Origin: an uncultured Saprospiraceae bacterium
GTDB taxonomy: Bacteria; Bacteroidota; Bacteroidia; Chitinophagales; Saprospiraceae
DNA: 39,164 bases
Direction: 5' to 3'
Assembly: GCA_937967535.1 (NCBI GenBank)
Contig: CALCMV010000157.1
Location: 1-39,164 of the forward strand
The notes under the pieces are model-generated. The model saw nothing but the letters and a program-made list of their open reading frames with translations. It had not been told where the DNA came from and ran no database searches. The translations under genes were made by a program, and so were the position numbers. Below are positions 16,360-23,418 of the stretch, piece after piece (position 1 is the first letter of the stretch; every line of letters starts with the position of its first letter).

Positions 16360-17151
16360 TTAATGCTTGGTTTTGGTATTTGTTGGGAGTTTTTTTTTCT
16401 CAAATTGTTTTTTAGTTTCTTGTTGAGTTTTCCATTTCAGATAACTTCTAGGTCTTTCAAGATTTTGATTAGTAATATCTTTTATAGATGTCGTTTCGAG
16501 AGAAAGGATAAAGCTATATAAGTCGTTTACGCTTTTAAAACTTCCCTTGACTCCGGTTTCATTTACCTTAAAACCATAATATACTGCATCGGGAACACTA
16601 TTCCAATATCCCCCTTCAATTATTGTATGCGGATAGCCTAAGTTTATCACTTTCATGTTAGTAAGTTCGATTTCACTACCAATTTTAAGTGATAAGATGT
16701 GGTTATTAGGTAATTGTTTATTGTCTGAAATAACGAACGTACTTGTAGTACCTATTTTTGTAAGTTTCGGAGTATATTCATGCTCTTTCTTTTGACCATG
16801 TCCATCATAGGTTATCCGAGTTCTTGGATTGCCATTATGTATAAATTCAACAACATTTGTGTCAAAGTCACCTTTAAATATCTTATGAATTTGATATTTA
16901 TTGACAATTATAGGCTGTCCATCTTCTGTAATGTCCTTGTAACTTTCAATACAACTTGCTTCAAAGACATATGAAGCTTTATTGATTTCCTCTGCAAGCA
17001 CCTTTTCAGGGTTTTCATGTTTTTTTTGATGTGGAAAATGATGTGCGCTCAAAAAATTAAAGCAGCAAATCATCAAAAAAGCGAGTAGAAACCATCTAGT
17101 GGTTGTGCATGGTTGTGCATGGTTGTGCATGGTTGTTTTAATTAAATTCAT
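16360..17151 (-). CDS. N-terminal segment (signal peptide plus ~230 aa) of the frameshift-split T9SS metalloprotease gene
   Basis: 263-aa track ORF with a signal-peptide-like RWFLLAFLMICCFNFLSA. It ends at TAA 16360-16362, shortly after the A9 run. A -1 shift there joins it to the 13439..16399 frame. Confidence 0.75.
   Translation of the reverse strand: MNLIKTTMHNHAQPCTTTRWFLLAFLMICCFNFLSAHHFPHQKKHENPEKVLAEEINKASYVFEASCIESYKDITEDGQPIIVNKYQIHKIFKGDFDTNVVEFIHNGNPRTRITYDGHGQKKEHEYTPKLTKIGTTSTFVISDNKQLPNNHILSLKIGSEIELTNMKVINLGYPHTIIEGGYWNSVPDAVYYGFKVNETGVKGSFKSVNDLYSFILSLETTSIKDITNQNLERPRSYLKWKTQQETKKQFEKKKLPTNTKTKH
16390..16398 (-). other. A9 homopolymer (minus strand) at the junction of the two ORF segments; slippage/frameshift site
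   Basis: T9 on the + strand at 16390-16398. It lies inside the only 40-nt overlap (16360-16399) between the upstream and downstream open frames. Confidence 0.85.
17101..17136. repeat. 10-bp tandem repeat GGTTGTGCAT x3.6 (minus strand ATGCACAACC) inside the first codons of the 16360..17151 ORF
   Basis: Three perfect units (17101-17130) plus GGTTGT. Each unit carries an ATG on the minus strand. Only the ATG at 17128-17130 is in the ORF frame. Confidence 0.9.
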
Positions 17152-17358
17152 AATAAAGTTTTGTTGTTAAAAAATCGTTCCAAAGTGGAATTTTATTAGT
17201 ATAAAATTACGTTTTTTTTGTGATAATTTCAAAATGTTTTAGTATAATTTGCAGATTATTAATGATTTATAACAAAAAAGTAACGAAAAAAAACTTTCAA
17301 TAAGAAAATGTGTTTTTTACGTATCTTACAAGCAAATTCATTCACTCATTCATTAAAA

Positions 17359-18600
17359 ATGCAAGCACAAATCATCACCATCGGCGACGAAATCCTCATC
17401 GGACAAATCCTTGACACCAACTCCGCTTGGATAGCCAAACAACTCAACATGTCCGGTATCCGCATAGCCGAGATGCGAAGCGTCAGCGATACCCGCGAGG
17501 CGATATTGGAGGCATTGGAAGCCGGACAATCTGCCGACCTCGTACTACTCACCGGAGGACTCGGACCAACCAAAGACGACATCACCAAGAAGGTGCTTGC
17601 TGAATTTCTTGGCATCGAACTCGAATTCCATGAAGCCACTTATAATCGCATTGCTGCCTACTTTGAAAAGCGGAGTTTCACCCTGACACCCGCGCATCGT
17701 GAACAGTGTTTTATGCCTGCCAATGCCGAGATTTTACAAAATGATATGGGTACTGCCCCCGGCATGTGGATGCAAAAAAACAACACCATTTACGTCTCCA
17801 TGCCCGGTGTGCCGTATGAAATGAAGCACCTCGTAAGCGAGCGCGTACTCCCGCGACTACGCGACAATACAAAGTTACGACCAATCGTACATCGCACCAT
17901 ATTGACGGCAGGAACAGGCGAGTCGGTCATTGCACAACGCTTGGAGAATTTTGAAGAAAGTCTGCCCGATTTCATCAAACTTGCCTATCTGCCCAATCTC
18001 GGTATCGTGCGCCTACGCCTCACAGCTAAGGGCGAGGACGAAGCGGCTTTGAATCAATTATTAGATGAGAAAAAAGCAGAGATTCACACCCTTGTTCCCG
18101 AATTTGTTTTTGGTGAAGAAACCGAAACACTCGAAGAAGTATTGGGTCGGATATTGAAAGAAAAAGGCGCGACACTCGGTACGGCAGAGAGTTGTACGGG
18201 TGGATACATTGCCCATAAAATAACGTCTATCGCGGGTAGTTCTGCTTATTTTGGCGGTTCGGCGGTTACTTATTCCAATGAATTGAAAACCAAACTATTG
18301 AATGTGAATCCCGAAACACTCAAAGCACATGGCGCAGTCAGCGAGGAAACAGTCAGAGAAATGGTTGCGGGCGGATTGGATGCGCTTGGTGTAGATTATG
18401 CGATTGCTGTATCAGGTATCGCCGGACCGGGCGGAGGTACACCCGACAAACCCGTTGGTACGATATGGACTGCGGTAGCTAATCGCCAAGAAATTAAAAC
18501 AAAAAAACTCACCCTCACCAAGTATCGTATGAGAAATATCCAACTGACGAGCAATCTTACCTTGAATATGCTGCGGAAGTTTGTGATTGATGATTTGTGA
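17359..18600 (+). CDS. cinA: CinA-family competence/damage-inducible protein (MoCF-binding domain plus PncC-type nicotinamide-nucleotide amidase domain)
   Basis: I prefer the ATG at 17359 (MQAQIITIGDEILIGQILDTNSAWIA). Motifs are LLTGGLGPTKDDITK and, in the C-terminal domain, TAESCTGGYIA and GIAGPGGG. Confidence 0.93.
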   Translation: MQAQIITIGDEILIGQILDTNSAWIAKQLNMSGIRIAEMRSVSDTREAILEALEAGQSADLVLLTGGLGPTKDDITKKVLAEFLGIELEFHEATYNRIAAYFEKRSFTLTPAHREQCFMPANAEILQNDMGTAPGMWMQKNNTIYVSMPGVPYEMKHLVSERVLPRLRDNTKLRPIVHRTILTAGTGESVIAQRLENFEESLPDFIKLAYLPNLGIVRLRLTAKGEDEAALNQLLDEKKAEIHTLVPEFVFGEETETLEEVLGRILKEKGATLGTAESCTGGYIAHKITSIAGSSAYFGGSAVTYSNELKTKLLNVNPETLKAHGAVSEETVREMVAGGLDALGVDYAIAVSGIAGPGGGTPDKPVGTIWTAVANRQEIKTKKLTLTKYRMRNIQLTSNLTLNMLRKFVIDDL

Positions 18601-18684
18601 TTTTTTTATTCGTATATTTTTGACTTAAAAACGAATTATTCGCAATAAACGAATCCCGAATTACGAAAGCCCGAATAATTCCCT

Positions 18685-18692
18685 TATTTTTG
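18685..18692 (+). promoter_or_regulatory. Candidate Bacteroidota -7 promoter box (TAnnTTTG)
   Basis: TATTTTTG is an exact match to the TAnnTTTG consensus, 84 nt upstream of the E2 start codon. There is no other support. Confidence 0.25.
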
Positions 18693-18775
18693 CGAAAAAT
18701 TTGAACGGTTGAGGCAATGTTTGGATTAAACTTAGACTTTCCCGACAACTGTACGGGATAAACTTAAACTTGATT

Positions 18776-20104
18776 ATGGCAACAGTAGATTTGGTTATGC
18801 CCAAAATGGGCGAAAGCATTATGGAAGCAACCATCCTCAAATGGAATAAAGCCATAGGCGATAGCATCGAAATGGACGAAACCATACTCGAAATCGCTAC
18901 GGATAAGGTAGATACAGAAGTGCCTTCGCCCGTAGATGGCGTATTGGCAGAAATCAAATATCAGGAAGGCGATGTGGTGGCAGTTGGCGAAGTGATTGCG
19001 GTCATTAGTACGGAAGGGGAAGTGATAAAGGCTGCGCCTAAGCCTGCGCTTGCAGAGGTCGCGCATGAAGCACCTGTGGTAGCACCTGCGCCTCAAGCCG
19101 TTGTGCAAACGAATGGTCAGCACCATGCGCCTGTTGCGGCTACGGCGGTCATTACAGCAAGTCGTTTCTATTCGCCATTGGTCAAAAATATCGCCCAAAA
19201 GGAAGGCATTACGATGTCCGAACTCGAAACCGTTCCGGGTACCGGACGCGACGGAAGAGTGACGAAAAAAGACATTCTCGGCTATATCAATGGACGCACT
19301 GCCGCTCCTGCTACACCAATTCCGCAAGTGCTTGCTGTGCCTAGTATGCCGAGTGTTTCGGCTGTACCTGTGGCTCCTGCGTCGAGTGTGGGTGCTAATG
19401 TCGAAATCATCGAAATGGACCGTATGAGAAAACTCATTTCGGAACATATGGTGCGCTCGAAACATACCTCTCCGCACGTCACCTCATTCGTGGAGGCAGA
19501 TGTGACCAACCTATTTAATTGGCGCAAAAAAATAAAGAACGAATTTCAAGAAAAATACGGCGAAAAAATCACTTTTACACCTATTTTTGTAGAAGCGGTG
19601 GCGAAGGCGATTACCGATTTTCCGATGATAAATGTCTCTGTGGATGGCGATAAAATTCTCCGAAAAAAGAATATTAATATCGGTATGGCAGCAGCTTTGC
19701 CGAGTGGAAATTTGATAGTTCCGGTCATCAAAAATGCCGACCATCTGAGTCTGCTCGGACTCACCAAATCGGTCAATGACTATGCCGCCCGTGCTCGCGC
19801 CAACAAACTCAAACCCGACGAGATTCAAGGCGGTACATTTACCCTTACCAATGTCGGTACATTCGGCAATGTCATGGGTACACCTATTATCAATCAACCG
19901 CAAGTGGCTATCATGGCAACCGGAGCTATAAAGAAGAAACCCGCAGTCATTGAAACGGAATACGGAGATGTAATTGCAGTGCGTCAGATGATGTTTCTTT
20001 CTCTTTCGTATGACCACCGCGTAGTGGATGGCTTCTTGGGCGGTTCGTTTCTGCGTAGAGTAGCGGATTATTTGGAGGCATTTGATGTGAATAGAGGTGT
20101 CTGA
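18776..20104 (+). CDS. 2-oxoacid dehydrogenase complex E2 component (dihydrolipoamide acyltransferase), single lipoyl domain
   Basis: I prefer the ATG at 18776 (MATVDLVMPKMGESIMEATI). It has the lipoyl-lysine motif EIATDKVDTEVPSP, an Ala/Pro linker, the subunit-binding segment SPLVKNIAQKEGI and the catalytic SYDHRVVDG. No E1 or E3 gene is adjacent. Confidence 0.93.
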   Translation: MATVDLVMPKMGESIMEATILKWNKAIGDSIEMDETILEIATDKVDTEVPSPVDGVLAEIKYQEGDVVAVGEVIAVISTEGEVIKAAPKPALAEVAHEAPVVAPAPQAVVQTNGQHHAPVAATAVITASRFYSPLVKNIAQKEGITMSELETVPGTGRDGRVTKKDILGYINGRTAAPATPIPQVLAVPSMPSVSAVPVAPASSVGANVEIIEMDRMRKLISEHMVRSKHTSPHVTSFVEADVTNLFNWRKKIKNEFQEKYGEKITFTPIFVEAVAKAITDFPMINVSVDGDKILRKKNINIGMAAALPSGNLIVPVIKNADHLSLLGLTKSVNDYAARARANKLKPDEIQGGTFTLTNVGTFGNVMGTPIINQPQVAIMATGAIKKKPAVIETEYGDVIAVRQMMFLSLSYDHRVVDGFLGGSFLRRVADYLEAFDVNRGV

Positions 20105-20105
20105 C

Positions 20106-20139
20106 GATTTTTGATTTAGTGATTTTTGATTTTAGATTG
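20106..20139 (+). repeat. Tandem word array GATTTTTGATT starting 2 nt after the E2 stop codon
   Basis: GATTTTTGATTTAGTGATTTTTGATTTTAGATTG. The same word follows the stop codons at 22907-22909 and 38969-38971. Its complement CAATCAAAAAT occurs at 20363-20380 and 20660-20670. Confidence 0.75.
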
Positions 20140-20166
20140 CTCTGAAATAGGCATATTTTGAAATTT

Positions 20167-20235
20167 AAAATGTAAAATAACTAATTTAAAATCCCGTCAT
20201 TCGTCGGGACAGGTGTAAAAATGTTTGTAGTACGC
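20167..20235 (+). repeat. Intergenic module, family B, copy 2
   Basis: AAAATGTAAAATAACTAATTTAAAAT (20167-20192) matches 10188-10213 at 24/26. It is followed by a small hairpin insert (CCCGTCATTCGTCGGG), then TGTAAAAATGTTTGTAGTACG. That last block is related to 10214-10234 and, inverted, to 10311-10339. Confidence 0.7.
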
Positions 20236-20659
20236 GAGTGTTTTGTTATTAATTTATAATTAATTAAAAAATAATAAATTAGATAAAAAATGTGTTTGTT
20301 TTATGTGATACAAATTTGAAAATAAAAATGTCAGAACTTTTCCAAACACATATATTTGAGTGCAATCAAAAATCAAAAATCGCTCAATCCCGCAATGTAA
20401 GTTTTATAGCAATTTTAACGTCAAAAATAATGTCCTGTCAAAAAACTACCTTATCTTGGTACGATATTTTAAGGTGAAAAAATAATATTTATAAAAATAT
20501 TTGTATTATTACGCAAATCATAACAGGCTTGACAATCTTTGATTAATTGATTGCAGATATTAGATTGGACTTGAAATAAACATATTTAATTAATTTATTT
20601 TAAATATGTTTTTGTAAAATACTTAATTTAATAAAACGCAAAATTTACTAATTTTAATA

Positions 20660-20687
20660 CAATCAAAAATTACTCAATCCTGCTAAT
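20660..20687 (+). repeat. Motif CAATCAAAAAT-N-CTCAATCC-GC directly upstream of the OmpA-family gene; second copy at 20363-20396
   Basis: CAATCAAAAATTACTCAATCCTGCTAAT (20660-20687) compared with CAATCAAAAATCAAAAATCGCTCAATCCCGCAAT (20363-20396). The first ends 9 nt before the ATG at 20696. Confidence 0.65.
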
Positions 20688-20695
20688 CCATTCGC

Positions 20696-22909
20696 ATGAA
20701 ACGGCAACAAATTATCCTAACCCTACTTCTTACATTGAGTGCTGCATTGGCTTTTGGTCAGATAGGACCGAAGGAAGCCAAACTGCGTGGCGAGATGTAT
20801 TTTTTCTATGAAAAATATAATGATGCGCTGCCTCTCTTACTCAAGGCTTTGCCTTATATGGAAAAGGACAATGACTTGAAACATATGCTCGGGGTGTGCT
20901 ACATCTATGCCAATCAGCCGACAAAAGCAGAACAGCATTTGCGGCAGGCAGTCGAAGTAAAAAAGCCCAAACCGGAATCGTTTTATTACTTGGGAAAAGC
21001 ACTGCATTTTCAGCAAAAATTTGAAGATGCTTCGCGCTATTACAAGCAATATTTGGGAGTCATAAAGGAAAAAAATAAAGACGAGGTATTGAGTCCGGCA
21101 GTGAAAGCCGACATCAAACGCTGTGTACTTGGTACAAAAATGAGGTACAAAGAACAACTCGCTTTTGTAGAGCAAATCGCTGATATTTGTACAAAAGAAG
21201 ACGAATTTGCACCGATTGTGAGTCCGCGCACGCCTACTTCCATTTATTTTACTGCCAAACGCCGCAGCAATAAAGGCGGACTCCGCGATACGCAAGGCAA
21301 ATACGACACCCTCGCAGGAAAGCCGCGCACCGATATTTTTGTAGCGCATACGGCAAAAGGGGAGTGGAGTATTCCCGCGCCGCTTGGCATGCGTTACAAC
21401 AGCCGACAAAATGATATTTTGACCTCGTTTTCAGAACGTGGTGATGTGGCGATCTTGTATCGCAGCTATACGATGGATAAGGGGAATCTTTATGCAGGAG
21501 AATTTTCGGAAAGCGACGAGGCACCGGCTTATGCCAAACTCCCAAAACCCGTTAGTACGCCCGAATGGGAAGGCAATGGTTATTTGTACAAAAATAATAT
21601 CTTGTTTTTCTCCAGTACACGCAAAGGTGGTTTTGGCGGCAAAGACCTTTACTACTCTATGCGCGACAATGAGACGGGCATGTGGTCGCCCCCATCCAAT
21701 CTCGGGCCTGAAATCAACTCAAAATACGACGAAGACACACCTTTTCTTTCCAAAGACGGACATACGCTTTATTTTAGTTCGAATAATGTCAATGGTATCG
21801 GTGGTTATGATATTTTTGTAGCACAATTTATAGATAGTAAATTGGAATGGGATACTCCCGTAAATGTAGGTATGCCCATCAATTCGCCGGGCGACGACCT
21901 GTATTTTCGTTTGGATAGAGCAGGTAAAAAAGCACATTTCTCATCGAATAGAGAAGGCGGAATGGGCGGTCAGGATATTTATGTAGCTTATTTTAATGAA
22001 ATTCAAAAAGAGCAAACGATAGTAGGTGGGCAGTCATTTTACGAAGTGATTGTCATGGCAAAACCGGAAGAACCGGAGGAAGGAGTTCCGGTAGAAGACC
22101 CTACAAAAAATATAACAGCAGCAGAAGATATTCGCACCTATCAATTCAGCCCGGTTTATTATAAAAGTAATCAACAACAATTTGCGGCTTCGGCGATTTT
22201 AGATTTGACCCAGTTGGCAGAAATCATGGTGAAATACCCGCAATTGGAGGTCGAACTGACTGCACATACAGATGATGGCGGCTTGGCTGGCAACAATTTA
22301 TTTTTTACGCTCAAGCGTGGTCAGGTGGTGTCGGAGTATTTGATGGATAAGGGAGTTTCGCCCAATCAAATCGTGGTGAAAGGCTGTGGTAGCAACTACC
22401 CGCAAGCCCTCAATAAGATGGCTAACGGCACGGTCAATCCGCAGGGTAAGACACTCAACCGTCGCGTAGCGATTCGCGTATTCAATACCGAAAGCACGCC
22501 GATTCGGGTAGAGGAAGCGAGTCCGACGATTAATCCGGCATTCAAAGCGGGAGACATGGATGTGTATCGCGGCGTGATTGAGGGCTTGTCGTATAAGGTA
22601 CAAGTCAAGCGCACCCGCCAACGCTTCGAGGATTCCGCCTTGCTCAAACATCGGCATACGATGATTGAAAGTTATGCCTCATCGCCTCAATTGCTTTATA
22701 CAACGGGCTTGAAAAAGCGATTTTCGCAAGCAGAACGCCTACGTCTTCAATTGGTACAAGAGGGTTTTGAAGAAGCTATCGTAGTACCTTATATGGATGG
22801 CAAACGCCTCGCCAAAGAAGATATGGAAAAATATGCAGAGACTTATAATGACCTCAATTACTATATTGATGCCATGGGAAAGGAAGCAAGTAAAGGAAAC
22901 AATGAGTGA
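20696..22909 (+). CDS. TPR / PD40 beta-propeller / OmpA-like peptidoglycan-binding protein with a C-terminal extension
   Basis: 737 aa with a signal peptide and N-terminal TPR-like helices. Four PD40-type repeats are present (FFSSTRKGGFGGKDLYYS, LYFSSNNVNGIGGYDIFVA, AHFSSNREGGMGGQDIYVA). The OmpA-like domain contains LTAHTDDGG...NRRVAIRV. The last ~130 aa (YKVQVKRTRQRF...) may be SPOR-like. Confidence 0.88.
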   Translation: MKRQQIILTLLLTLSAALAFGQIGPKEAKLRGEMYFFYEKYNDALPLLLKALPYMEKDNDLKHMLGVCYIYANQPTKAEQHLRQAVEVKKPKPESFYYLGKALHFQQKFEDASRYYKQYLGVIKEKNKDEVLSPAVKADIKRCVLGTKMRYKEQLAFVEQIADICTKEDEFAPIVSPRTPTSIYFTAKRRSNKGGLRDTQGKYDTLAGKPRTDIFVAHTAKGEWSIPAPLGMRYNSRQNDILTSFSERGDVAILYRSYTMDKGNLYAGEFSESDEAPAYAKLPKPVSTPEWEGNGYLYKNNILFFSSTRKGGFGGKDLYYSMRDNETGMWSPPSNLGPEINSKYDEDTPFLSKDGHTLYFSSNNVNGIGGYDIFVAQFIDSKLEWDTPVNVGMPINSPGDDLYFRLDRAGKKAHFSSNREGGMGGQDIYVAYFNEIQKEQTIVGGQSFYEVIVMAKPEEPEEGVPVEDPTKNITAAEDIRTYQFSPVYYKSNQQQFAASAILDLTQLAEIMVKYPQLEVELTAHTDDGGLAGNNLFFTLKRGQVVSEYLMDKGVSPNQIVVKGCGSNYPQALNKMANGTVNPQGKTLNRRVAIRVFNTESTPIRVEEASPTINPAFKAGDMDVYRGVIEGLSYKVQVKRTRQRFEDSALLKHRHTMIESYASSPQLLYTTGLKKRFSQAERLRLQLVQEGFEEAIVVPYMDGKRLAKEDMEKYAETYNDLNYYIDAMGKEASKGNNE

Positions 22910-22945
22910 TTTTTGATTGCTTTTACTTTGCAAAATAAAGATATA

Positions 22946-22985
22946 AACCGTCATTTCTTTTTTGGAAATGGCGGTTTTTTATTTT
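22946..22985 (+). terminator. Rho-independent terminator of the OmpA-family gene
   Basis: Stem AACCGTCATTTC (22946-22957) / GGAAATGGCGGTT (22964-22976) with one G-U pair, followed by a T-rich tail. Confidence 0.75.
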
Positions 22986-22989
22986 GGTG

Positions 22990-23050
22990 AAAATGAAAAT
23001 AAAAATGGAAAATTAAAATGAAAATAAAAATAAAAATAAAAATAAAAACT
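22990..23050 (+). repeat. Degenerate hexanucleotide microsatellite (AAAATR)n, four perfect AAAATA units at 23021-23044
   Basis: Read directly: AAAATGAAAATAAAAATGGAAAATTAAAATGAAAATAAAAATAAAAATAAAAATAAAAACT. Confidence 0.8.
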
Positions 23051-23055
23051 GCGTT

Positions 23056-23126
23056 TTAAGTGGTTGGACTGAACTAAGCGACACTTTTAATTATGATAAT
23101 TCATTGAAAATGAATTGTTTATTTAA
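23056..23126 (+). repeat. Dispersed ~65-70-bp element, family C, copy 1 (inverted partner at 37420-37487)
   Basis: The 32-nt perfect core TTAAGTGGTTGGACTGAACTAAGCGACACTTT (23056-23087) is the exact reverse complement of 37456-37487. Similarity continues through AATTCATTGAAAATGAATTG and TTTATTT. Confidence 0.88.
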
Positions 23127-23235
23127 ACTTAAACTTACTCTTAAACTTCCACTTAAATACTATTTGAGTGTATAAAATATTAGTGGCAATCAGATATGAA
23201 AAGCCAAAACACATACTACTGCACATCTTTAATTT

Positions 23236-23314
23236 TGCCACAAAAACACGAAAACACAAAGAATTTTCATGCTTATCAGCAATTGATACTTTGTGTCTTC
23301 GTGTCTTTGTGGCA
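23236..23314. repeat. Long hairpin (26-bp stem, 27-nt loop)
   Basis: TGCCACAAAAACACGAAAACACAAAG (23236-23261) pairs with CTTTGTGTCTTCGTGTCTTTGTGGCA (23289-23314) at 24/26. Both mismatches are A-C on the + strand, i.e. G-U on a minus-strand RNA. It lies ~105 nt beyond the 3' end of the TonB-receptor gene. Confidence 0.8.
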
Positions 23315-23418
23315 GTTTTCAATTTTGAATTATGTTTAAATGAATCAATAAACTCAAGCGTAAAAGCATTTACTCATTTTATCATTTACTCATCTACTCA
23401 TTATGATAGTAGAATGAC

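Noticed and set aside
20292-20477. 61-codon ORF in the 20105-20695 spacer; likewise 10081..10290, 23119..23322 and 23168..23434 in other spacers
   Set aside because: These are AT-rich low-complexity translations that run through repeat words. Several overlap one another on opposite strands. None has a motif.
22990-23050. CRISPR-like appearance of the short tandem arrays (also 10921-10964, 17101-17136, 20106-20139)
   Set aside because: The units are 6-15 bp and directly abutting, with no unique spacers. There are no 25-40-bp repeats at regular spacing and no cas genes.
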